Assembly (NCBI RefSeq): GCF_001447785.1
Contig: NW_015169175.1
Coordinates: forward strand, 845,838 to 909,837
From: Gekko japonicus
Lineage: Eukaryota
Length of the DNA: 64,000 nt
Direction: 5' to 3'
Positions 23,831 to 35,865 of the stretch are shown here, in pieces. Positions within the stretch are counted from its first letter, which is position 1, and every line of letters begins with the position of its first letter. The notes beneath the pieces were generated by a model, which saw only the letters and a program-made list of their open reading frames with translations, was not told the origin of the DNA and did not search any database. A program made the position numbers and the translations under genes.

Positions 23831-25965
23831 GTAAGTTTTATGGTATTGGTTGTTGTCTCATACTAGATTCCTAAAAGTCGAAGGGTCCAGCAGTTGCTGA
23901 TTAAATTTGATTGGAGCATGGTGAGGGGAGGTGTTGACTAGGGTAGTAAGGTTGTCCCCTCCTGACTTGAATAAGTCCTTGACACCGAAGAGCTGGGAAT
24001 TATGAAATGGGTAAAGACGATTACAGCGGAGGTGGATCTGGTAAAAAAAATATGCCACAGGCATATGCGGCAGTGGTGATGGTGGCAGAGAAATCATTCT
24101 TCTGTGCTACTAATGCATCAGCAGAATTGCATGTAGCTACAGTATTCTTAGTGCTGAAAATGTTTGTGTATCCAAGGGAGGATCCAGCAGAGGGCAAGGC
24201 ACCTACAGCTTGCTATAGCAATTTTAATATTTGTCTAGTAAAGTCACTCGCATCCAGTCTGAAGTGGTTTTGACAGCTGCAAGAGTGTAGAGTGGGGTGT
24301 GGGAAGCCATTGCTAGTCACATTTGCTTGGAATGCTTTAGCCTTATTTCTCCTGAGAATGTCAACAGCATGCCTGTGAACAGCGAAAGCAACCACACACT
24401 GTTCAGATCCTTGCCTGTCTTGGCTGGTTGAGGCCCAGTGGTTGATAGAGGGTTGGATCTAACCAGTCATCAGCAGAAGGCACACAGATTTTTCCCACAT
24501 TCGCTCCCACTCACAGTTTTTAGCTGCTAGAAAAATTATTTCTGGACCCATGTGAACAGCAGCCTGCACAGCAAATTGCCATCTCCATCAAGTTCATCTG
24601 CTACCAGTGGAAGATGGAGGGGACAATTTGACTTGCTTCTCCGCTCCTCATTGCAGCCGCCTGACCCATGTAGCTTTTTGTGCATGTGGATCCCACTACT
24701 TCGAGTATTATCTCACTGGAAGTTGACAGGGTCCACTGTGAGGAGGGGAACACAAGGTTAATCTGTACTTGCTAGCACCTTTTTGCTAATAGTTGGATCC
24801 AGGCTATTTATAAGCATCTTACTGTGGAAGGAAAGCTCTTTTGTTAAATGAGGTGGTGATCAGACTGTTGCTTGAAGAAACTGTTTTTAGGCAAAGATTA
24901 TTTAGCTAACTTTAATCTGTTCTCAAATCTTCTCTTTCTAAGGGAAGTAACTGACTGTGGTGGCAGAAGAACTGCTGGTATATCTGGGTATGATATCCTT
25001 CCAGCCATTTTGGTTGGCCTTCCAACCTGGTCATTGCAGTGAGACGGCCTTAGTGAGTCTGATCAATAACTGCTACTATGAGCAAGCTGAGGGAACCCTT
25101 TCCTGTTGACCATACAGTTTTGATAACTAACTTTGATTTAGGTAGTTGGGAGGTCAGCTGTTGGAGCAATCATTTGGAAATTGGAATTGTGTATCATACC
25201 CCAGTATTCAGCTCTATATTTTGTTAATTAAGCATTCAGCAGCAACTGTCTCCTTCCTAAATCAGTGTTTGGAGGCTGTGGCTGAATGAAAGAGTTAAAC
25301 ATGCTGGAACTGAATACAGATGAGGAGAATGCTGATGGGTAATGCTTGGGGGGGTTGTCAGTCTGTACATCTGATCAGGTAAAGCGCTGTGGAGTTCTTC
25401 TGGGACCCTGTTTTGCTCCTAGTTAGATGGGTGAGAATGGCTAAGAGCACCTTTAGCAACAATGTTTTGTTGACATTTTGCATAATTAAGATTGACTGTT
25501 ACAAGACTTGGAATGGTTTGCTTTCTTACCTGTGAGCTTGATCCACCCACAGTGAGGCTTTGTTTAACAAGAGCTGACTTCTTGAAGCAGTTTTTAATAA
25601 AAAGTCATTTACAAGTTATGAAGATTATCCTAATTTATGCCTGGAATCAGGGTTTTAGAATTTGCATTGCTCTAGTTGTTATGCTCTAGTTGTTATGTTA
25701 TTTGGGATGCTTGTGTGGTGGAGGAGTGGTATACCCCATCACCTCCTCCATGCCAGTGACAACTTGATAGCTCAACTCCCGCACAAGTGACAGATTACAT
25801 AGAAGCCGGAGTCATGAGTTTTGTTGCTATGAGTGCCTCAATATCCTGCATCATTCACTTGTTCTTCCAATTGCTCTTGGTTCCTAGTTGGTCAGGGCAT
25901 TCATACCCTTTTTAAAAGTGCCCTTTGGACTGCTTGTTTCTCTAATGCTCTCTTTACTTCTACAG

Positions 25966-26105
25966 CTGCTGTGCCTTATTGGAGAGTCCTTTGATGACTA
26001 CAGTGATGATGTATGTGGAGCTGTTGTTAATGTTAGAGCCAAGGGTGATAAAATAGCAATATGGACTACTGAATGTGAAAACAGGGATGCTGTTACACAT
26101 ATAGG
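25966..26105 (+). CDS. EIF4E: eIF4E coding exon 6
   Basis: CAG|LLCLIGESFDDYSDDVCGAVVNVRAKGDKIAIWTTECENRDAVTHI(G)|GTAAGT; 140 nt. Confidence 0.97.
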
Positions 26106-28876
26106 GTAAGTTATATTTTCTCTGTTTAAAGTGATTTTGTAGTCTGGATCTTTTTTATAAGCTAGGTTTTGAGTCTTCAGGGAGAGAAGGTGGCTTAAGA
26201 TGTATAAATAAATGTTGCATAACATCCAAGTGGTTGTCATGATAAAAATCCTCTGTCATATATAGTAGGTTTATTACATTGGTTGATCATGGAAGGTGTG
26301 TCTGCATTCCAGTCTTTGGTTGACAAGTCTCATCAGATATGTATCTTCTGAGGGTGAAAATCATTATTTATTGACCTTTTGTGACTGCCAATTCTTATGC
26401 AAGCTTTGGTAGGACAGGGCCTTTCTACAGCTTTGTTTAAAAGAAAAGTTCCAACAGAAGAATTAGTCTAACACTGAAGGACAATAATTCACACACTTTC
26501 TTGGGCACATTTGAGCTGAAACTGCTAATGCAAAAATGGTACACATGAAGCTGCCTTATACTGAATCAAACCATTGGTCCATCAAGGTCAGTATTGTCTA
26601 CTCAGACTGGCAGTGATTCTCCAAGGTCTCAGGCAGAGGTCTTTCACATCACCTACTACCTAGTCCTTTCAACTGGAGATGCCAGGGATTGAACCTGGGA
26701 TCTTCTGCATGCAAAGCAGATATGTTAGTTTAGTATTGTGTGTTTCTGGACAGTTGCAGAATATTAGAGACTATACTTTACCTAAAAATGAACTGCATAA
26801 ACTGCAAGGATTTTCACTTACAAAGCACATTTTCATCCCCTCCCCAACATGGCAGCCTGAAATTCCCCCTGAGATCCTGTTCATGGAAGAGACTTGGACC
26901 CCAAAAAACAAAGGGGGGGATTTTGTGCTGTCATGGGAGGGTGGAGGAAGGGAATACGTACCTCATGAGTGGAAATCCTGGGGAAAATGTTAGCCTGGAT
27001 CCAACCCTAGACCTTTGAAATATATCAGTTGCACGGCAGGAGAGTTTCATGCAGGGAAAATGGCTCTGATTTTGTGAAAGGAGATAGAATCCACTTGTAT
27101 CATTAGATACTTGTATTTCAAATTACATATTCCTGTATTTTCCTTTACATTTTTGTAATTGCTGTGAAACATTGAACTGTGAAAGGAAAACCATGCGACT
27201 GCAAGAAAGTACACGTAGCAGACTATTCTTCTCTGAGTATACATTAGTATTACTAGTACAGGGAAAAACCGGACTAAGCAGGAGTTAGTCCTAGAAGTTA
27301 AAGCTGATTATGATTGTGCTCAAATGGAATATTGGTGTAGTGTAGTGTAGTGCCTGGTCAAATATAACACTTTATGCAAGGTTCTAAGGTAGACTGGAAT
27401 TGGCTAAAACAAGCAGGGAACCAGTGGGGACTCGGGGAGGAGACATCCCATTGGGTCCTTCCCCTGCTGATTCCTATGACCCCTGCTGTGATAGGGCACA
27501 CACACACACCCAGTAATGGAAGGGGCTGGGTTTGTACCAGAATGCACATGCTGCGTTCCTTCTCTCCAATCTTCCCTTGCTATGACCAGTGGGGTGATGG
27601 GGTGGGGCTTTAGAATAGAAAGCATATTTGGGGCAACTCGCAGGATTTTTCAGCATTTTGAATTGAATTCTCTGGGCGGGGAAAGCCTTTTAATTTTTTT
27701 CTGGACCTCCAGGTTCCCTAGGGTTAATAGAAATATCTGCCTTTTCTCCACTTGGCACCACTCTGGGGTTGTATGTACAGATTTATTCAGTGTCAGAATA
27801 GAGTGCTATTTTAAATGTCCCTGGGGGAACTGAAAATACTATTCCCTCTTGGTTAGTATGTAACTGTACCAGACCTTTGTAGTAGTACATTAAGAACTTA
27901 TGCTTCACATTGCAATAGCAATATTTTTCATTTCAGTCGTCTTTGGGCAAGCAGCACACTTTTCACTGGTGCTACTTCCAGAAATCTACTTAAATGAAAA
28001 CATCAAGTCTTTATTCTTATGAAAGTCGCTTTTAAATTAACTGCAGTGATTATGGCATGACATGGTTTATCCTGTATTTATATGCCACCTTTCAGCTATT
28101 CAGAGGCCCAGACAGTCAACAAATCAGAATGTCGGAACCATAAAATCAAAACTGATTAAGTGGCAGTTCAATATGAAAAACACAGTCAAGGCAGGCAGAG
28201 GAACTGTAAGCATTGTCCCCTTGCTCAGTTGAGTTCAGGGGCCTTGCAGAACATAAGTGTCTTCGACTTGCTCTGAAAGCCTGAAGGGGCAGTGGCAATC
28301 TCACCACCTGAAGAAGGAAATAGAGCAGGGGGGATAGCCATCAAAAGAAGGCTTTCTATGGGTCCCCGTTAGTCCCATTTCAGATTAAGGTTGGATTCTG
28401 CATGAAAGAATCACCCACTGGTCTTGAAACTTTGACAAGTTGATCTGGGTGGAGGTAATCTTTCAAGGGACATTCGGTTTGTGATGGCCCACACATGAAA
28501 GCGAGGAAATAACTCGGAGAAAAGACAGTAACTCCCTGTGATTCTGTAGTGCTGTAATGCTATTAGGTTTGGAAACTGATAACTGCAGTTATCATGTGAA
28601 TGGCTGTGCTGTCATGATCATTCTTAAACTGAAATGCAAAAAGTGAAAATCTGCTCTCTTTAAAAAAACCAAACCCTGTGCATTGTAGGATTTTGCATGT
28701 TGATTCTGCCTTGATTTTTTTGTTCCCATCTGGAGAGGTTTATATAATTGTCATTTCAACCAGCAGATGAAAAAGTTGATAGATGAGCCTAATTTCATAC
28801 TTTATATATAAATGGTGAGGCTGAGAACAGTGTGGCTGTATTCTTCCTCCTTAATGTCATGTTTTCATGTTTTTCT

Positions 28877-29112
28877 NNNNNNNNNNNNNNNNNNNNNNNN
28901 NNNNNNNNNNNNNNNNNNNNNNNNNNNNNNNNNNNNNNNNNNNNNNNNNNNNNNNNNNNNNNNNNNNNNNNNNNNNNNNNNNNNNNNNNNNNNNNNNNNN
29001 NNNNNNNNNNNNNNNNNNNNNNNNNNNNNNNNNNNNNNNNNNNNNNNNNNNNNNNNNNNNNNNNNNNNNNNNNNNNNNNNNNNNNNNNNNNNNNNNNNNN
29101 NNNNNNNNNNNN
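28877..29112. other. 236-nt N gap that very likely hides the EIF4E last coding exon
   Basis: Directly preceded by a polypyrimidine tract (GTTTTCATGTTTTTCT) and followed by EIF4E 3'UTR-like sequence; the C-terminal peptide is found nowhere else in the window. Confidence 0.85.
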
Positions 29113-29915
29113 AAATGTTGCTGAATTTGTGAAAAGTCTCATTTGCTTTTGTCTTGTACTTCTGTGTTCATTTTTTTTCCTCCATTTTTGGCTGAAGTAA
29201 CCTTTATCCAATCAAAGAATTTCAGTACACATTGCCCCTGAATCCATAAAGGCTTCCCTTGCCCACTCTGTGATGCTTCTTAAAAAAGTAACTATTGTGA
29301 AAAAGTATCCCGAAAACAGTGCCATTTCTACAGGGGGGGAAACCGACTACTTTTTTCACCTTTGCATTATATGCAATAACGTGTTTTGCTGGTTTGAAAG
29401 AAAAGTATGATGCATACATTTTTCTAGCAAATCTTTCTTCATACAGCATGGTCATTGCTGTAACTGATGCTGATGGCTGCTAGATTTAATTTATTTGTTT
29501 CCCTCTTTGATAACATTAGTGATATTCTGATTTCAGTTCTTGCTCATGTAACATTGGTGAAGGATCTGGGAATATGACAAAGGTTTAATAAACATTAATT
29601 TTGTGCATTCTTTGGTAATTATTTTTGTAACATCAAAAGCTTTGCTACAAATTTCATGCATTTCAGTCAAATCAGTGATATGTTTGTGTGATTTCCTGAA
29701 CATAATTGTGGATTTTTTAAAATGTAACACCATAATTACATTCCTTACTAGAAATAATATTCTTGTTTTTTGTATCTTATGCTGTACTTTAACACTTTGT
29801 ATTCCTTAGGTTATATTTTGCTTTGGTTTAAGAGCGGCTCAAATAGAAAAGCAGTCCCATTCATATTAAGACAGTGTACAAAACTGTAAATAAAATGTGT
29901 ACAGTGAATTGCCTT
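29113..29915 (+). other. EIF4E: EIF4E 3'UTR (visible part) with polyadenylation signals
   Basis: GTCTCATTTGCTTTTGTCTTGTACTTCTGTGTTCATT resembles the mammalian EIF4E 3'UTR as I recall it; repeat-free and U-rich; AATAAA at 29587-29592 and 29889-29894. Confidence 0.8.
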
Positions 29916-31359
29916 TTAGACAAGTAGATTTGTCCTTTTATTTCATTATTCTGAAGTATTTTGTACTACTTCTAACAAGGCAGTCTGTGGCTTCTGTTGT
30001 AATATATCACTCAAGTGAGGTTGAATCCTAAGCTATAGTTGAATTTAAGTTACATCCAGTATTTTATAAACCTTGGGTAGCTTTACCTCCAAATGGAGTT
30101 AACATCACTGCGGCTATGTCTTAAAGAGATGTCAATGCACTGCATGGTGCCACTATAGCATGCTGCGGTCGAGTGGAATACCTGAAAGTTAGCTACCACA
30201 GCATATGCAGGAAACAATGAATCTGGAGCCAGTTAAAAACAGCATCTGAGAAATGTTTGCACAGCATCTTACTGTTTGCACAGCCACAGGAAAAAATGGC
30301 TCTCTGATTGTGTCAGTGGCTGTTGTTCAAGACTAATTTCAGCAGTCTCAGTGATACTCCAGAATCTGTTCAGTCATCCATTTCCAAAATAGAAGCCATC
30401 GTCTCTGCATGGTGTTGCCCTTTTAATAGTTAGTGAGCAGAAGATACGAAATGTTGTTTCGCTGACCTGAGTCTGGAAATGACAATGTTTGAGGCTGGAA
30501 GTGGCTACTAAGATGGCTTTGCTGTCCCACTGTAATTTCAGCTATATAAAAACTGAAAAATTCCCCCTTATGGTAGATGTCTAATATTGGAGGATCCTGC
30601 CCAGATGTCTGGGGGAGGGGTTTTTGGTTTTTTGCAGAACGTCTGGCATGAACCCAAATAGCTTTCTGTATAAAAATGGATACTGTATTCTTGCAGTTAA
30701 TCCTTTCCCCCTCATAATAAATGGAATCGCTCTTGTATAAAAGCAAACATGGTCTGTACTGATGTCTGACTGAGAGGCAAATGACTGACAGATCCCAGCT
30801 GAAGTCTGTTCTGTCATCAGCTAAAATGAAGTGTTTTAAGGTATAAGAGATGCTGCCCTTCGGCACGCTTGGTTAGGGCACTCTGACTTCATAGAACATT
30901 ACAAAGCAAATAGATCACATTGTTACGCATGTAGCTCATCTGAGTTGTTGGTCAAACTGGTGGACACTGAGACCCCCCAAATGTGATGATACATTGATTC
31001 TTGTAGTTCTGCTTTTCAGGTAGAGTGCAGGACCTACTGCTGTAAACTTTTAAACTTGTACCCAGGTAGAAGTCCCACACAACTGCTGTAGGCCTATGTG
31101 TAGTAATTGAAGAAGTCGAAAATATTTTGATAATGGTAATCTGCATTAAGGCACTGGTAGAGGATGATGGAATAAGCAGATACTGCACTGCAGCTCAAAA
31201 ACAATGAGGTGATTAAACTATAACCCTCTCACTTAATACCTGTGGGTAGCTTTTTACGTACTAGAAGCAAAATGCTAAAAGCAAATCACAGAAATAGTGC
31301 TTGTGTACAGCTCAACATCTACTCATATATTTGCTTCTTCTCTAGAAACTTGGTTTTTT

Positions 31360-31557
31360 ATGCTGTCAAGTCACAAATGATTTACAGCAACCATGTAGGG
31401 TTTTCAAGGCAAGAAACATTCAGAGGTAGTTTGCTATTGTCTGCCTCTGCATAGCAGTGCTGGACTTCCTTGATGATATTCCATCCAAATACTAACCAGA
31501 CTTGTCCCTGCTTAGCTTCTGAGATCTGATGAGATTGTGCTGGGCAGGTCAGGGCCT
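31360..31557 (-). mobile_element. 5S-derived SINE (further copies ~40670-40842 minus, 48705-48900 plus, 49376-49465 minus, 51460-51677 minus, 61040-61225 minus)
   Basis: CCCTGCTTAGCTT..GAGATCTGATGAGAT is the reverse complement of the 5S internal promoter region; shared TTTTCAAGGCAAG tail segment. Confidence 0.8.
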
Positions 31558-33475
31558 CAGCTGTTGCTTCACCTGGCTTACTGGGAAGAGCCTGACTAGT
31601 AGACAAATGCACAGTGCAATATGGTATCTGATAGACCCCTTGGCTTACTATTTGATTTAGGAAATCCATCAGTCTTTGCTTGCTGTGTGGGGGTTGGTCC
31701 TGCTTCCAAGCAGTGAGCAAACAAAAAAAAGAAAGGTGGCTTGAAATGGGAGTGGACAATTGTGATTGGTGCATACTGTAAACTGGGCAATGCAGAGGCA
31801 CTGTTGTGAACTACTTACACTATGCTTGCACATTGATATAGCATGTCCAGTGGAAAGAACCATGCTGCAAAGTCGTCACAGCCCAGAGAGTGCTGGTTCT
31901 AAGGCCATGAAATTTGCATGTTATTTTAATGAGTGACTAGCAGTTTGCAGTTCATATTTAGGAAGTTTTCCTTTGCTGAAAAGAATTAAAATCACTTTAC
32001 TTTTTTCATATCACTAGTTTGCCAGTGCTGTGACTAGGAACCTTAGAGACTTTTTGGATGACTTGAGCAGAAGTAAACACCTGATGGGATTTTTTCACTC
32101 TGAGCAGCAGACCTATATGTCTTGTCAGAGTCTGCTTTTGAAACTGTCCCAATTCCAAAGGCACCTTGCCCTTTGGGTCCCCAGTGAGAAAAGAATATAA
32201 ATAAATAAATCTCCAGTACCCATCAAATAGCATGTCAAAAATCAACAATGTGATTTTTTAAATAGGTGCCTATATGTTCAGCCTCATATATGAACTTCCA
32301 AAGTTCAGATTAGTCCATACTTATCGATGTGGGCCAGGACCAGTCTCTTGGTACTCCACTGAGCATTGGTCGGGTTGGTTGAGGCAGCTGGCGGTCATGA
32401 CAGAGCCGGGGTGGCCAAATTTGCTTAGCGTAAGAGCCACATAAAATAAACGTCAGATGTTTGAGAGCCACAAGGTGTGAACAAATGTTACATGTTTTTA
32501 TTGGAAAATATGCAAATTTGCTTTTTATTAACATTAAATGAGACTGCCAAAAAGAAAAGGGGTAAAAACAGATATTGATAATGATATTTATTTGCCCAAT
32601 AATATTTGTTTGCTAATGATATTTATTTAAGAGAGGTGGAGAGAGAGAAACAAAGCAAATAGATGTGGGGAGGGGGGGAGAAAGAAAAAGAAAGGGAAAA
32701 AAAAGAGAGAAAAAGCAAATACATGGGGGAGGGAGAAAGAGAAAGAACGCGAATAGATGGGGAGGAAGGATGGAAGGAAGGATAGAGCATGGGTAATGCT
32801 CTGGGCACCTATCATTTGGCTAGTTGGAGCCTCAGGTAAAGTTGCTCCAGTGATCTCTTCCAGCATGTTTGAAGAGAACAGGCTCCTTGGGGATCCATAA
32901 AATCTGCTGAACAATCGGGGTCTAAAGAGAAGATGCTTGCTAGAGCAATTGTTTTGGTGGCTGGCCCATAGAATCACCAAGAGTCAGACACGACTAACAA
33001 CAACAACTCTGACCACCACTTTGATGCTGACTGTGAATTGCTATTTAAATGTTCTAAGAACTCCCTGACTTTGCTGAACGGTAGTAGCTTTTGCCTTCGC
33101 TCTTCACAGAGGCAGGAAGATGAGTCATGGATGTTCTTAACTCCTAATCTGAACTAGGCTCAGCTACCAGCACAATCCCGAGGGATTGAAGCTACCCATT
33201 TGGTGAGTGAGTGGGAAGACTGCTTCCTCTCCCTCCCTCACGCAAGTAAGCCTAAATCATTTTTAACCTCAGTGGGGACTCAAATCTCCCTGCCTGAACT
33301 CTTCCGCCCATGAAGTGAGGATCACAAATAGTGATGAAAGGTACAATGAAGAGAGCCAGCATGGGGTGATTGGTTACAGTGTCAATTTAGGACCACGGAG
33401 AGCCAGGTCCGAATCCTCACTCTGCCATGGAAGCTTGCTAGGTGACCTTCTCCAGCCACACATCCTGATCCTACC

Positions 33476-33681
33476 CAGTGTTCTCTCTAAGCTGAGTTAG
33501 TGTGAGCCAACTCACAGTTTTTTAGCCTCTGGCTCACACATTTTTGCCTTAGCTCAGGAAGGATGGCTCCAGAGCAAACTAATTTATGCGGTAGCCAAAT
33601 CACCTGCTCACAACTTTAATGCCAGTAGCTCACAAAGTAGAATTTTTGCTCACAGGACTCCATAGCTTATAGGGAACATTG
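33476..33681. mobile_element. hAT-type MITE nested in an old CORE/MIR-like SINE (~33351-33780)
   Basis: TIRs CAGTGTT.TCTCTAAGC; TSD ATCCTACC / ATCCTAAC; the host SINE resumes after the insertion. Confidence 0.8.
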
Positions 33682-35636
33682 ATCCTAACCTACCTTACAG
33701 AGTTGTAAGGATAAAATGGAGGAAAGGAGAATGATGTAAGCCCCTTTCAGCCCCTATTGGGGTGAAACAGTAAAAGAGGTGTGGCTAAAACACTCAAGGG
33801 TGCAAGTTTCTTTTTGTCCTTTAGAAACCATTTGGAGTGTGAAAACCCTTCTAAAAGGCAGAACATTGTAATCTTAAAATGTAACCTTACTAGCTGGAAA
33901 AATGCTCGTCTACATCTTCCATAAGGAAGCCTTTTCTTGGCAGCTTTTTCTGGACTGATTTCCAGAATGGGTACCACTATGGCCAAATTTCAACTGTAGT
34001 TAATCTCACTTGTGTGAGGGAGGGAGCCCAGAATAAGCTATCACCAGCTTCTTAAAGAAGACGATGCTCTCCTTGCGGTACCCAGTGCCAGTCCGCTGAG
34101 GGAGTCAGGTATGAGTCTGGAGTAATAAGAATGAGAGAGGAAGTATCAGGAATCTTTGAGACATTCACTGTCATCTGTGCCTACTTTACAGGGCTGTTTT
34201 TAAAGATTTGTTAGAGGAGAATGATGTACAGCATCCTGAGCTCCTTGGAAGACAGGTGGGATAAAAACTTGTGCAAGTAACATTTTTTGGGGGAAAGAGA
34301 AGCAACCCACAAACTTGTATTGCTACTGTGAAAAAACTGTCTTTAGAAACAAAAATCTAACAAAAATGTAAATACAATAAATGCATCGTGTCTAAAGGAT
34401 CCTGTTGAACTAAAATTGAAAATCTGAAATGCACTGCAATGTTTCTTAAACTGTAACAATGTCGACTGCCTCTGTTGGGTGGATGACGTATTTGGGTGCT
34501 TTATGAATCGACAGTCTATAGTTATTTCTGTAGAATGGGTGCTGTTGTTGTTTTAAAAAAGCAAAGAAGAACAGAAGCAGAAATGTATTTTGATTCTTCA
34601 TTACATACTAGCCAGAAGCTTTCTGGAAACTTTCTTCTGTGGTGTTGCAATACTTACCGCCCAAGAAGCAAAAGCATAAAAACCACAGTTGGCATCGTGT
34701 AAACTGACCTCAGAAATGTCAGAAATCCCAGGATTCTTAATTACACCGTTTGGGGGTAATTCCGTCCCAGGGGTGTCGTCTTCCTCATGTCCAGTTGCTT
34801 CCAATGAGTTTCTCAGATGTGTGTGCGTGTGTGGCAAATGTTTAACTCAGTGAGACAAAAAAAGACTAGTGTCAGCTTAGTGAAGTGTGGGAAATGCAAT
34901 ACAAGGATGATGGGTGGTGAAAGAGCCCCCCTCCTCCCACAGGAAACCACAACTCTTGACTGGAGTGCAGGAGGAGATGTTCTCAAAATGGGACATTTGA
35001 TCTCCTTTGGGCAGTAGCTGCAGAAGAGGCTACAATGGGATTTATTTCTAAGGAAATGTGTAAGATTGGACTGTAGTCCTACTTATTATCGTTGGAGAGT
35101 AAGCCCCATTGAACCAAGTGGAATGTACTTCTGATTAAACATACACAGGATTAGAGTAAATGGATGCTTCTCTCCTCTTGGTTCTGTCGATTTGGTTTAT
35201 TATACAATGCCAGTAATAAAAGAAACACTTAAAACTTCTGTACTGGGTTCTTTGCCAAAAGAAGCACAGACATTTCTGCAACACTTTCAGCTTTATATCC
35301 TACTCACAGTTAAAAATGTATTGGCACCTTCCCCAAAGGAACAGGGGATACCCAGTCTCCTGGCCAATAAAAACATTCATGTTCTAAATAAAGTAGGGTC
35401 TAATGTTCAAGGGTAAACCTGACCTGTGGCTGTCCCCCTTCCAACATTGCAGCACTGCTGTACAGATTCTAGATCCTGGTTCTTGAACAGGTCCCAGTTG
35501 TGTCTGCAGTGTGGAAACAGTAGCAGAAAAGCAAAAGGGGAAGACTGCCGACTTACAACCATCAAACTTCAGGACAAAATCATTCCAGCTATGTGGTGTG
35601 GAGGTATCACAAGAGGATGTCAAGAGCAGTACACAA

Positions 35637-35865
35637 AGCCAGTGTGGTATGGTGGTTAAGAGTGGCAGCCTCTAATCTGGAGAACCGGGTTTGATCCCCC
35701 ACCCCTCCTCCACATGAAGCCTGCTGGGTGACATGGGGCCAGTCACAGTTTTCTCAGAGCTCTCTCAGCCCCACCTACCTCACAAGGGGCCTGTTGTGGG
35801 GAAAGGAAGGGTAGCCACTTTGAGACTCAGGGTAGAGAAAAGCAAGATGAAAACCAGCACTACTA
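35637..35865 (+). mobile_element. Squam3-like tRNA-derived SINE (further copies 54061-54350 plus, 59460-59726 minus, partial ~37488-37610 minus)
   Basis: GCCAGTGTGGT.T.GTGGTTAAG...CTCTAATCTGG.GAACCGGGTTTGAT.CCCCAC head, CTCTCAGCCCCACC.ACCTCACA core, (CTT)n tail in the 54061 copy. Confidence 0.8.

Noticed and set aside
28795-29211. ORFs spanning the N run
   Set aside because: Artefacts of translating Ns
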